From a virus, in IMG/VR virus record IMGVR_UViG_3300025536_000011: a DNA stretch of 64,000 nucleotides; one strand, 5' to 3'. The notes under the pieces were generated by a model. It searched no databases. It saw nothing but the letters and a program-made list of their open reading frames with translations, and had not been told where the DNA came from. Positions within the stretch are counted from its first letter, which is position 1. Each line of letters begins with the position of its first letter. The position numbers were made by a program, and so were the translations under genes. Below are positions 9,556 through 18,391 of the stretch, piece after piece.

Positions 9556-10530
9556 ATGCTAGCAGCATTAGCCTTATGTCTAGCTATGCTAGGCAGCGAC
9601 ATATGGGTCTCTACTAATTGGAATTTTGATTTGCGACTACCACCACAAATAATAAGAGTGGATGCCGATTATAACCAGCACGTGATGCCAGATAATACTG
9701 ACGAATATCATAAGGAAAGCTTTGCAGCACAAAGTAATAGTATAATCACCTTTGGTGGGGTAGCCTCTACTAATCGCAGATTAGAAATATGGAGCGGCGA
9801 TAGCCGTACTGTGTCGTCACTAGTTAGTATCACCCCTTTTATTAGGGAGTCCCATAATATCTCTAATGGAAGAATAGCCGGGTATGCATCTATTACTCAA
9901 AGGGAATCAGCAACATACTTTATTGTTAATGCCGCGACGGGCGTATTGCTTCGCAGGGAAGAGATACCCCAATGCATTAAGATGTTAATTATTGGCGACG
10001 ATATTTACTTTTTTAGTTCCAATGGAACTATAACGTGGTTCGCCTTCGGCGATATACGTAATACTATTACTGTGTCGGCATTAAGTGGTATCAAAGATGC
10101 TGCTTATGACGGTAATCTTATTTGGATTATGAAAAGTCAAGTAGTCACTAGTTATAGAATTATTGATGCAAATCCAGATTCGTGGCAGCCTATAAATACA
10201 TATACAGATATATCAAGACCGCGTAATTTAGCAGCAGATCTTAATGGTAGGGTGCTTATTAATGGAGATCATATTTCACTCTGTTATCAGAATGGTGTTT
10301 TAGTTGGTAACATGTTATGGCCCGAGAGAGAAGATATCGCTGACGCCTGGACACTATCACTTATTCTTAATGATAATAGGGTAGCCATTCCAAGATTAAC
10401 TGTTACTTGGAATGAGGGTAACTTTTACTGGAAATCACGCTTAGATCTATTCGCTTGGCCACAAGGCGGTCAAGTGAATACGATACGCAGCATTAAATTT
10501 GATAGGCCCATTATGAGGATAGCACAATGA
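9556..10530 (+). CDS. predicted exported beta-rich protein, paralog of 44122-45174
   Basis: signal-peptide-like N-terminus; shared WVST..FD..PQ and YDG..IW motifs. Confidence 0.65.
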   Translation: MLAALALCLAMLGSDIWVSTNWNFDLRLPPQIIRVDADYNQHVMPDNTDEYHKESFAAQSNSIITFGGVASTNRRLEIWSGDSRTVSSLVSITPFIRESHNISNGRIAGYASITQRESATYFIVNAATGVLLRREEIPQCIKMLIIGDDIYFFSSNGTITWFAFGDIRNTITVSALSGIKDAAYDGNLIWIMKSQVVTSYRIIDANPDSWQPINTYTDISRPRNLAADLNGRVLINGDHISLCYQNGVLVGNMLWPEREDIADAWTLSLILNDNRVAIPRLTVTWNEGNFYWKSRLDLFAWPQGGQVNTIRSIKFDRPIMRIAQ

Positions 10531-10979
10531 AAATTATTGATCGTTCGCGTCTGTCTTTATCTTTTAGTCTTGATACTGTATCATATAACGGAACGTCTGC
10601 CATGGAATATATAGAAAAAACAATAGCTTACTTGCAGAAGATATACCACGATATAAGCGAAGATTATGAAATTGAACACATAGACGATTATGGTTATCGT
10701 GCTATTTTATTTTATCCTACTCGTGAACAAACACCAGAAGAGATTGCCGCTGATGCTGAGAAAAGTCGTATTAAGTTGAATGATCGTTCAACTGGAGAGA
10801 ACTTTGCAGCCGTAGACCGCAAAGAATTTGATGAATTTAGAGCTTGGCAGCAAGCCAAGTTTGATGCTGCTAATAGAGTTATGCTTACAGAGTTATCCGA
10901 CAATATGACTAAACCACATCCAGTAAGCGAGGCGTATATCGAATGGGAAAAAAATCATGCCGTCAAAAATAACAGTTAA
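10527..10979 (+). CDS. hypothetical protein
   Basis: ATGA coupling. Confidence 0.6.
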   Translation: MKIIDRSRLSLSFSLDTVSYNGTSAMEYIEKTIAYLQKIYHDISEDYEIEHIDDYGYRAILFYPTREQTPEEIAADAEKSRIKLNDRSTGENFAAVDRKEFDEFRAWQQAKFDAANRVMLTELSDNMTKPHPVSEAYIEWEKNHAVKNNS

Positions 10980-11208
10980 TATATCTAAAAGATATAGCAC
11001 AGAGATTACTTACGACCAATTCATCAGCGGCCTAATAGCTGCCGGTGTTAGGATTCCGGCCGATATTAAAAGATTTAACTTTTCCATTAAAAAAGAAATG
11101 TGGGATGGTATAAGAATCTCAAATGAGGCATTAGTTTGCAAAGACTATAGCCAGATTCCAGACAGAATTATGTTTAATTGGGAAGAAAGCGAGCGAAGCG
11201 AGCTATGA
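10957..11208 (+). CDS. hypothetical protein
   Basis: ORF in coupled run. Confidence 0.55.
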   Translation: MPSKITVNISKRYSTEITYDQFISGLIAAGVRIPADIKRFNFSIKKEMWDGIRISNEALVCKDYSQIPDRIMFNWEESERSEL

Positions 11209-11597
11209 AGGTAGCAATTGTCGGACGCCGACAATTTAAAGATAGTGTCCTACTTGAACGGACACTCAAGTGGCTAAGAATTCAGGAGCTTGCGACTGAA
11301 ATAATTAGTGGTGGAGCAGAAGGGGCAGACACTCTTGCTGCCGAATGGGCCCGGCAGCACGGAGTCTCGCTACGCGAGATTAAGCCGGATTATACGAAGT
11401 ATGCTGGTAATCCGAAATTTGCCCCAATAGCTAGAAATATGGATATTGTTCACGAGGCGGACCTCGTGATAGCATTTTGGGATGGGGTGCGAGAGAAGGG
11501 TACATGGAATGTTATACAGCTTGCTCTTGAGAAGAGTAAGCAGTTAGTTATAATACCCTTTTCACCAAAGGTGAAAAATGTATCATTTAGAGAGTAG
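11205..11597 (+). CDS. SLOG superfamily (YspA/DUF2493-like) protein
   Basis: KVAIVGRR..IISGGAEGADTLAAEWA..RN.DIV..ADLVIAFWDG...GT. Confidence 0.85.
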   Translation: MKVAIVGRRQFKDSVLLERTLKWLRIQELATEIISGGAEGADTLAAEWARQHGVSLREIKPDYTKYAGNPKFAPIARNMDIVHEADLVIAFWDGVREKGTWNVIQLALEKSKQLVIIPFSPKVKNVSFRE

Positions 11598-11677
11598 AGA
11601 AGTTTTTCAAGTAAAAAATTATTGCGGCAAATGTAATCGCAAAGAATATCAGTATTTATTTTTGTCGGAGGCTCAGG

Positions 11678-11944
11678 ATGCAGATTGAATCAGCTTGGAC
11701 TTACAAGTTAAATATGATTTTAAGCAAAGAACATTTAAAATACGACAAGCACACTAACTATGTAGAAGATTTAGATAAAAGGTCTATTTTTGGCAGCGTT
11801 TATATAGCTCAGGTACATCGTCGCTGGCGTAAAATAGTTATTACGATTTTGGAAGATCATAGTTATTATGGGTCAAAATTCCAAGCCTTGGACAATGAAA
11901 TAGAGCAGACTCTTAAGAGACCTGTAACTTTAAGGCTCGCTTGA
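11678..11944 (+). CDS. hypothetical protein
   Basis: GGAGG upstream. Confidence 0.55.
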   Translation: MQIESAWTYKLNMILSKEHLKYDKHTNYVEDLDKRSIFGSVYIAQVHRRWRKIVITILEDHSYYGSKFQALDNEIEQTLKRPVTLRLA

Positions 11945-11957
11945 GCCGGAGGATCAA

Positions 11958-13178
11958 ATGAATATCATAGACACTATCAAACAGCTTCTCGCCGAGAACC
12001 AATTTGCTAGTGGCGGCGTTTTCCTTGCAGCCCTTAGCGGCGTGCTGCTTTATTTGCGACGGGTGCCGCAATTTATTTGGCAGCAACTTCGAAGATTGTT
12101 CTTGCTTGAAATAGAAGTATATGATTCGGACCCGGCATTCCATGATATTTATCTTTGGCTGATTAAAAATAAGTATGGAGCTAAAACTAAAAAGATATGG
12201 TTGACTAGCTCTAATAGGATTACTGATAAAATTGATAAATCGGGTTGGGACGAGCTATGGTCTACACGGACGGTTCCCGGTATCGGGCGGCATTTTGTAT
12301 GGTTCAAGCATCGCCTGATGTATATTAATATTTTCAAGAGAGATCTTACCGCTGGCGAGGATACGATTGGCATTCGCCGACACTTTGTTATACAGATACC
12401 CTTTGGTTCCCGCAAAATACTTGATTGCTTCCTCCGAGAAATAGAAACTCTCAGAGCAAAAGATCAAAACCTATATATTAAGGTGCCCGACTCTTACTTT
12501 GGTGGCTGGAATGATATGGTGCATCGTAATATACGCAAGTTATCATATTTAGTCTATCAAGATAGCCTAATAGAGCAAATTATTGCAGATATAGATAAAT
12601 TTAAAAGTTCTGCCGAATGGTATGCTAATCGTGGCATTCCTTATAAAAGAGGATATTTATTGCATGGCCCACCGGGTAATGGTAAAACCAGTCTAGTCTC
12701 TGCTATCGCCGGGCACTATCGCTATAACATATATACTATTAACCTGGCGGCTAAAGACTTATCTGATGATAAGTTAATGGGTTTAATGGCATGTGTACCA
12801 AGCAACAGTATAGTCCTTTTCGAAGATATCGACTGTTTACTAGCAAACAGAGAAGTAAAAAATAAGAATGATGGATTAACCTTTAAAGGATTGCTTAATG
12901 CAATAGATGGCATAGTCTCATTATATGGAGTGTTACTTTTTGTAACAACTAATCATGCTGATACTTTAGATCCAGCATTAGTAAGAGCCGGAAGGCTCGA
13001 CAAGCACTATCTTGTCGGCAATGCCGACAAGGAGCAGATTATGCGGCTTTGTAAAGTCTGGAATCCTAATTGGGATGATTTAAAGGTAGCCGCATTTACA
13101 GAGGCACAACCGGAAGGTTGTAGTATGGCTTATATACAGGAACAACTTATTGTGGCAGAGCCACAGGAGAAAATATGA
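11958..13178 (+). CDS. BCS1-like AAA+ ATPase with N-terminal membrane anchor
   Basis: TM segment; WYANRGIPYKRGYLLHGPPGNGKTS; LFEDID; LLNAIDG; TTNH..LDPALVRAGRLD. Confidence 0.85.
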   Translation: MNIIDTIKQLLAENQFASGGVFLAALSGVLLYLRRVPQFIWQQLRRLFLLEIEVYDSDPAFHDIYLWLIKNKYGAKTKKIWLTSSNRITDKIDKSGWDELWSTRTVPGIGRHFVWFKHRLMYINIFKRDLTAGEDTIGIRRHFVIQIPFGSRKILDCFLREIETLRAKDQNLYIKVPDSYFGGWNDMVHRNIRKLSYLVYQDSLIEQIIADIDKFKSSAEWYANRGIPYKRGYLLHGPPGNGKTSLVSAIAGHYRYNIYTINLAAKDLSDDKLMGLMACVPSNSIVLFEDIDCLLANREVKNKNDGLTFKGLLNAIDGIVSLYGVLLFVTTNHADTLDPALVRAGRLDKHYLVGNADKEQIMRLCKVWNPNWDDLKVAAFTEAQPEGCSMAYIQEQLIVAEPQEKI

Positions 13179-13573
13179 GACTCTACGCAGTTAGTAGCGG
13201 TAGTTACGATGAATATGGCATAGACGCTATTTTTCTTACTAGGCAAGATGCAGAAGCTTATATTTTAAATCAGTTTAGAGATGATTTTCTGTGTTATGAA
13301 ACTCCACGCATAGAGGAATGGGAAACTGGAGTTGCTGTCTCTGATAGAAAGCCATACATCGTTTCGCTTAAGAGAAACGGTGATCTTATTAGTATAAAAG
13401 AAACTACTGTACTTGCAATAGAAGATATTAATCCTATAGAAAGAGAATATCCCGATAATGGAAGTGATCGTCCGACAAGCTTCTCTTTTATTGTGGCGGC
13501 TCGCGATGAGGCTCATGCGATTAAAATAGCGGGCGAATATAGAGCATTAGCTATTGCTATTGAATATCCATGA
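13175..13573 (+). CDS. hypothetical protein
   Basis: ATGA coupling, GGAG upstream. Confidence 0.6.
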   Translation: MRLYAVSSGSYDEYGIDAIFLTRQDAEAYILNQFRDDFLCYETPRIEEWETGVAVSDRKPYIVSLKRNGDLISIKETTVLAIEDINPIEREYPDNGSDRPTSFSFIVAARDEAHAIKIAGEYRALAIAIEYP

Positions 13574-13685
13574 TTCGCAGAATAATAGCACGACTTTTTA
13601 GATTTAATGCTAAGCATTGTTGGGCTCGGGGACTCGCCCATTCTTGGACAACTATTACATGGCAACATCCGTTTGTGACAAATAA

Positions 13686-13919
13686 GTGTATGCGTTGCAA
13701 GCAATTGCATACATGGTTTATACAGCCTTGAAATTATCCGAGTTTATTGATCAGCGATATAAAGATCTTGGCAATTCAATCAATATAGCTCGGATGGCAG
13801 AATGCATTGAACATAATCAGGTGCTCTTAGAGGACGCCGAGACAGGCAAAAGGATTTCTCAGGGAGACGAATTAAACATAATACTATGGGCAGCAGCATT
13901 CTGGTTATGTGTAGAATGA
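13686..13919 (+). CDS. hypothetical protein
   Basis: ORF; start uncertain. Confidence 0.4.
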   Translation: MYALQAIAYMVYTALKLSEFIDQRYKDLGNSINIARMAECIEHNQVLLEDAETGKRISQGDELNIILWAAAFWLCVE

Positions 13920-14016
13920 AATTCCTACCTCTTATCATGTTCCTGGCAAAAAATGTATTAAATGTGCTAAAGAAATACCAGGGTATTTTGAGGAGCCATA
14001 GACTCAAAAGAATGCT

Positions 14017-14219
14017 TACTGGCGGGAGCCGCCAGTAGGAGTCCCTTGCTGCTTTGCAGCAAAATAACCCCCTGGCCTGCCATTTTGGCAGTCTGGAAAC
14101 TGGTGAGCCTGACTTATAATCCCCGTCCCCGGCCCCGGACCAAAGGTCCGGAGCGAGTTATGAAAAAACCCCACGTGGGCTTGAGTTTACACTCAAGCCC
14201 GTGGGCCGCACGGGCTTGC
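14017..14219. terminator. hairpin cluster at the convergent junction of plus and minus gene blocks
   Basis: stems 14017-14037, 14046-14062, 14077-14091, 14135-14151 and two overlapping stems at about 14178-14219. Confidence 0.55.
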
Positions 14220-14229
14220 GTCTAACTCC

Positions 14230-14547
14230 TTACTTCGAAAGAGCGAACGTCGAATCGCATTCGTCGCACGAATCGCTGTCGTCGTCGGGCATCGTCGCCC
14301 CGCACGCATGGCACACAGTCTCGTTACTCTCAAGGGCCATTTCCGCCTCGACTAGTGAAGAGTAGGGGCCGTTCCATTCGGAACAATCGAGGTATCCATC
14401 GGCCGACAGTCGATAGAACGTGCCCGTAGCGTAGCCCGAGACGCCGTCACAGTCTCGGACATCACACGGGAACATGTAGACGCTGCCCTCGGGAGTCTCG
14501 ACTACAGCCATGCGGCCCGTGTAGTATTTCGGCGTCATGAATGTCAT
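14230..14547 (-). CDS. small protein with C-terminal zinc ribbon
   Basis: CHACG..CDEC; GGAGCGA upstream. Confidence 0.65.
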   Translation of the reverse strand: MTFMTPKYYTGRMAVVETPEGSVYMFPCDVRDCDGVSGYATGTFYRLSADGYLDCSEWNGPYSSLVEAEMALESNETVCHACGATMPDDDSDSCDECDSTFALSK

Positions 14548-14605
14548 TTCTCGCTCCGTTCGATTCGGGCCGGATCATTCCGGCCGTGCTATCTACTTCG
14601 GAATA

Positions 14606-14634
14606 ATGATATCACGGGCTTGAACGGGCGTCCA
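14606..14634 (-). promoter_or_regulatory. promoter of the repeated family (degenerate -35)
   Basis: TGGACG-17-TATCAT with TG extension. Confidence 0.55.
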
Positions 14635-14663
14635 CTAGGACGCCCGTTCTTCTCATTTTGAGA

Positions 14664-14861
14664 CTAGATGAGCCCGAGAATCAGAATCCACGAATCCCGG
14701 CCGTGAGTACAACGGCCGTCCGGTTCGACGGTACAGCCACAGGGCGTTTTCGCCTTGCCAGTGGACATCCAACGTTCCATCGTGGCGACGGAAGGGGCTT
14801 TCGTGGCCCGCTTGACGGGCCGTTTCGGAGTAGCGTCATTCCACGAATTCCAGTCGCTCAT
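14664..14861 (-). CDS. hypothetical protein
   Basis: ATG 14861, GGAGCGA upstream; CGCTVEPDGRCTHG. Confidence 0.7.
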   Translation of the reverse strand: MSDWNSWNDATPKRPVKRATKAPSVATMERWMSTGKAKTPCGCTVEPDGRCTHGRDSWILILGLI

Positions 14862-14933
14862 GATTTTCGCTCCGTTGCGGGCCGCACTATTGCGGCCCGA
14901 CAAAGAGTATATCGGCACGTTTCCCGAAAAGCT

Positions 14934-15200
14934 TTACTCCGTTTCCCAGAAAATCTCAATGTTTTGCTTATCGCATACCCAGTCAGGAATTACGTCGATA
15001 TCAGCATATTCCCATTCGGCCCTATCGGGCCGAATGATTAGGTGGGCTCTGCCCTGCCCAATGTCCCGATAGTGCGGGCTTGTGCTAGGCTCATGATCCC
15101 GGACCGGATTGATATAGATATGCGGCCCGTGCGGAATATCGCCGATACAGTCGGCGATATAGTAGGTAGCAATTGCCCGGCCGAAGTAGTGTCGCGTCAT
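14934..15200 (-). CDS. hypothetical protein
   Basis: ATG 15200 just after upstream stop. Confidence 0.5.
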   Translation of the reverse strand: MTRHYFGRAIATYYIADCIGDIPHGPHIYINPVRDHEPSTSPHYRDIGQGRAHLIIRPDRAEWEYADIDVIPDWVCDKQNIEIFWETE

Positions 15201-15201
15201 G

Positions 15202-15318
15202 TTATTGTCCGATTTTCTGGCAAGCCTCAAGCGTAGCATAGGCAGCTGCCATGATTTTCAGGCCCAGAAAGACAAGCCCGACGCATCCGAGAATCAGGAG
15301 GGCCGCTCGCGTTTTCAT
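15202..15318 (-). CDS. small membrane peptide
   Basis: GGAGCGAAGC upstream; hydrophobic core. Confidence 0.55.
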   Translation of the reverse strand: MKTRAALLILGCVGLVFLGLKIMAAAYATLEACQKIGQ

Positions 15319-15379
15319 CGTTGCTTCGCTCCGTTGCGTCGTCGGACGATTCCGAACGACGCAAAAGAATATCACGTTT

Positions 15380-15595
15380 TCAGGCCCCGTCAAATTTGCC
15401 GAAACGATTTTCGTTAATGGCGAAACTATCAGGGTTTATCGCAGCCCAACAAGCGGCCGCTTCCAATAGGGGCTTCGCCGGATTCGAGCCTAGCATCATC
15501 ATAGCCCGGACGGCCGTTTCGCATGTTACGGCATTGCACGCTACGGTTTGCGGGCCGCATTCTTCCGCTAGGGCAATCCATTCGGCGATTGTCAT
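15380..15595 (-). CDS. hypothetical protein
   Basis: ATGA coupling. Confidence 0.55.
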   Translation of the reverse strand: MTIAEWIALAEECGPQTVACNAVTCETAVRAMMMLGSNPAKPLLEAAACWAAINPDSFAINENRFGKFDGA

Positions 15596-15891
15596 GATGT
15601 CGAATCCTCTTGATCGGTTTTCAGGGAATATCCCTCAAGCCCCTTAACAGCTTGAGCGGCCGGATTAGAACGTAACCAAGTATCGGTGGATTCGCAAAGC
15701 CCGGAAGCGGGGCCATCGTCTCGAATGTCGGCCCGACCATACTGGCCACTGTCGAGATAGTGGCGACGGCCCGTCGGGCCGACTAGCACGACGGTTTCCT
15801 TATCCGGCCGACATTGGACGTATCGGCCGGATTCTAGCGTCCCAATGGGCCGCTCAAGAGCCGTCATGAGGGTAACGTTTCGGTATTCCAT
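15592..15891 (-). CDS. hypothetical protein
   Basis: GGAGCGAAGC upstream. Confidence 0.65.
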   Translation of the reverse strand: MEYRNVTLMTALERPIGTLESGRYVQCRPDKETVVLVGPTGRRHYLDSGQYGRADIRDDGPASGLCESTDTWLRSNPAAQAVKGLEGYSLKTDQEDSTS

Positions 15892-15939
15892 GTTAGCTTC
15901 GCTCCGTTTGCCGTCCCAACGGGAATTAACTTCGGCAAA

Positions 15940-15968
15940 AGAGTATCACGGGCTTTAGCCCGTGTCAA
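15940..15968 (-). promoter_or_regulatory. hairpin-spacer promoter
   Basis: TTGACACGGGCTAAAGCCCGTGATACTCT; stem CACGGGC/GCCCGTG. Confidence 0.8.
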
Positions 15969-15976
15969 ATAATTCT

Positions 15977-16237
15977 TTAAACCGTTTGGTAGCTTAGGAT
16001 TCGGCCCGAATACTTTGCAAATTTCGCCCGAAGCTTTCGGACGAGAATCACGTTTCCGTTTGGCATGAGCCTAACATGGGAACAGATACCATTTCCAAGG
16101 CCCATGAAATAGTCAATCCACGGCTGCCATACGTCGTCAGTAAAATCCCAAATACCGCGATTGCCGTCCGCACGGCACGCGAAAGCAATAGCTTTGTCGT
16201 GGTCGGCAAAACGACGACGATTGCGATTCGTCTTCAT
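15977..16237 (-). CDS. hypothetical protein
   Basis: ATG 16237, GGAG upstream. Confidence 0.6.
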   Translation of the reverse strand: MKTNRNRRRFADHDKAIAFACRADGNRGIWDFTDDVWQPWIDYFMGLGNGICSHVRLMPNGNVILVRKLRAKFAKYSGRILSYQTV

Positions 16238-16266
16238 GTTAGGGGCTCCGTTTACATTGACCGAAA

Positions 16267-16295
16267 AGAGTATCACGGCCCATGCGGGCCGTCAA
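16267..16295 (-). promoter_or_regulatory. hairpin-spacer promoter
   Basis: TTGACGGCCCGCATGGGCCGTGATACTCT; stem ACGGCCC/GGGCCGT. Confidence 0.8.
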
Positions 16296-16296
16296 A

Positions 16297-16527
16297 TCTC
16301 ATTTTGAGAGAAACGAATTCTCATTTTGAACGTGATATGGTTCATTCTGACGCAAATTCCTGAAAATCAATGATTTATAGGCAAATTGAACGTATTTCAG
16401 GAGTTATCGCATCGGCTGAAAGCCGAGCGATTCCGCACGGCAAGAATTGCCGATTGCACCAAAACGTGCATTCTCATTCTGAGAAACGTTACCGTTAGGT
16501 AACACTCAAATTGATTCTCAAAGTGAG
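16297..16527. repeat. cluster of TCTCA-N3-TGAGA palindromes in a non-coding gap
   Basis: perfect copies at about 16297, 16472, 16515, partial copies at about 16320 and 16503. Confidence 0.6.
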
Positions 16528-16578
16528 AGGGGCGGGATTCGGTCGTCCTCGCCCCTTATGTCGATTTTCTGGATACTT

Positions 16579-16746
16579 CTAGCAATTCTGCGAATTGGCA
16601 TAGCTTAAAGCTTGCGTTTTCAATTTCTGGGCTTTAACTCCGTCTAGAAAGCCCTGAATATACGCTTGAGAACCGCTTGCATAAAGCCCCCCATACTGTC
16701 TCAAGCCCGCTTGAAAGCCCCGATTGTATTCCGCTTCGCGTTTCAT
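16579..16746 (-). CDS. 55-aa protein absent from the ORF track (MKREAEYNRGFQAG...), probably leaderless
   Basis: translated by hand; ATG 7 nt after the -10 box. Confidence 0.6.
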   Translation of the reverse strand: MKREAEYNRGFQAGLRQYGGLYASGSQAYIQGFLDGVKAQKLKTQALSYANSQNC

Positions 16747-16752
16747 GCTAGT

Positions 16753-16780
16753 AGAATATCCCGTTTTCAGGCAATGTCAA
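16753..16780 (-). promoter_or_regulatory. sigma70-type promoter
   Basis: TTGACA-16-TATTCT. Confidence 0.65.
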
Positions 16781-16790
16781 GTGGGGAAAT

Positions 16791-17012
16791 TTACCCAATT
16801 CGCTCGAATGCGGCCGATACTGCCCCGCTCCATTCTTGATAGTCAAGCGATTGTTCATTAAAGCTAGCTCGCCTAGCCCCAGCTTGCCAAGCTTTGTCAA
16901 ATCGCATATTAGGGTTTTCCCTAAGCGTTTGGGCAGTCTCGACTACCATATCTGTAAACGTTTCAAAGCCAGTCTTTCGCTCGAATCGGCTAACTTTCTT
17001 AGAATAATCCAT
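16791..17012 (-). CDS. hypothetical protein
   Basis: ORF downstream of promoter and leader hairpin. Confidence 0.6.
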   Translation of the reverse strand: MDYSKKVSRFERKTGFETFTDMVVETAQTLRENPNMRFDKAWQAGARRASFNEQSLDYQEWSGAVSAAFERIG

Positions 17013-17066
17013 ATTCGCTAGCTCACTTAAAGGGCCGCACTATTGCGGGCCGCTTGAGACACTAGA

Positions 17067-17094
17067 ATAGTATCACGGCCGAGTCGGGAGTCAA
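17067..17094 (-). promoter_or_regulatory. promoter of the repeated family
   Basis: TTGACT-16-TACTAT; -35 contains the stop codon of 17091-17384. Confidence 0.7.
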
Positions 17095-17384
17095 GTGCGG
17101 GAAATATTATCGAACGGACTCGAATTCACTAGGGCCGTGCCGATATACTTTTCGACGAATTCCTTACTTTCCTTGAGCCCAAGCCCGGACACGGCCCGAA
17201 AAGCCTTAATCGCTCCGATAACGTTTCCGCCATTATTAACCTTGGGAATAAGAGGCAAAACTTCCATGAAACAAATTCGGACAATCTCAAGTCGCTTGCC
17301 TTCCTCATTCCCAATAACGTCAAGCAAAATCTTATTCTTATCACAATCGGACATATTATTGATAATCTGATTAAGATAGCTCAT
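17091..17384 (-). CDS. ribosomal protein L7/L12 C-terminal domain-like protein
   Basis: IGAIKAFRAVSGLGLKESKEFVE. Confidence 0.75.
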   Translation of the reverse strand: MSYLNQIINNMSDCDKNKILLDVIGNEEGKRLEIVRICFMEVLPLIPKVNNGGNVIGAIKAFRAVSGLGLKESKEFVEKYIGTALVNSSPFDNISRT

Positions 17385-17430
17385 TATTCGCTTCGCTCAT
17401 TTTAAGGGCCGCACTATCGCGGACACCTAG

Positions 17431-17458
17431 AGAGTATCACGGTTCAACGGGAAGTCAA
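17431..17458 (-). promoter_or_regulatory. promoter of the repeated family
   Basis: TTGACT-16-TACTCT. Confidence 0.7.
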
Positions 17459-17743
17459 GCTTACAGCATCGGAAAGTGACATAGAAGCATAGCGATACCC
17501 GCTAGTGCCGTCCCAAAGCCATATAATGCCAGTATGGGGCGGATTAGCCTCAAGCTTTTCCCATGCTTCGCTTGCCGCATTAGAGCCTGCCCGTATTCCC
17601 TGAAAATAAGCTTTAGAGCCTGTAGGGGCATTCGGGCCGCTTGACATATACCATTCCAGGGAATAGAGCGTAAAGCCCCTAAGAAAGCCCCTATCATAAT
17701 GGGTTAAGCCACGATATCGGCCACGTTTGGATTTATCAGGCAT
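17444..17743 (-). CDS. hypothetical protein (YxRGF..G / AYxQG motif)
   Basis: ORF coupled to upstream gene. Confidence 0.55.
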   Translation of the reverse strand: MPDKSKRGRYRGLTHYDRGFLRGFTLYSLEWYMSSGPNAPTGSKAYFQGIRAGSNAASEAWEKLEANPPHTGIIWLWDGTSGYRYASMSLSDAVSLTSR

Positions 17744-17952
17744 TACTTAGGCTCCTCAATAGCGGCAATCCGCCAAGTCTCGAATGGGGCGGTGGGCTTT
17801 CCCTGCCGGTCGATCCAAGCTTGACATTCTCCGACATTGGCGAACGGGCCAACAAGCTTTTGAAGCCCGTCCGGCGAGTCTAGGACCGCGACGATATTTC
17901 CAGGGAACATGAGGAAATCTCCCATAGAAGAGAATGAGCGGCCCATACCCAA
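17743..17952 (-). CDS. hypothetical protein
   Basis: VGPFA...CQAW motif; start uncertain. Confidence 0.5.
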   Translation of the reverse strand: MGMGRSFSSMGDFLMFPGNIVAVLDSPDGLQKLVGPFANVGECQAWIDRQGKPTAPFETWRIAAIEEPK

Positions 17953-18015
17953 CCGGAACCCGTGTCGGGCATAGCTGGCAGACTATTCTTAAGTGCCGCT
18001 CAATTGGACGCTAGA

Positions 18016-18044
18016 AAGGTATCACGGCAGGACGGGAAAGGCAA
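18016..18044 (-). promoter_or_regulatory. promoter of the repeated family (degenerate -35)
   Basis: TTGCCT-17-TACCTT with GCCGTGA. Confidence 0.55.
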
Positions 18045-18154
18045 GTTTCAAGGTGATAATTTGTCGCTTGAGCGACATTGTGTATTATAAACCCTTATTT
18101 GCCTTAAAGTTATCAAAGTGATATCATTTCGATATCGTTATGATATTAAAAGAG

Positions 18155-18370
18155 TTATACAAAGCGAGACCAACAGCCAGAATCATCATCGGAAGAAATA
18201 TGCCAACCCAAAGCCTCAAGCCTAGCGATATCCGACTTACTTATCGGTTTATCAGGCACAATCCCATAAAGTATATCATGATCCGCTCCGCCTAAACTTT
18301 CTTCTAAACCCTTATTACAATAGGAACTTAGAATAGAAAGCCCGGCAATAATCTGTTGAATTGATGCCAT
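18155..18370 (-). CDS. hypothetical protein
   Basis: ORF; GADHDILY..LEALGW pattern. Confidence 0.65.
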   Translation of the reverse strand: MASIQQIIAGLSILSSYCNKGLEESLGGADHDILYGIVPDKPISKSDIARLEALGWHISSDDDSGCWSRFV

Positions 18371-18391
18371 AACTTCAATTCCTTGAAATAG

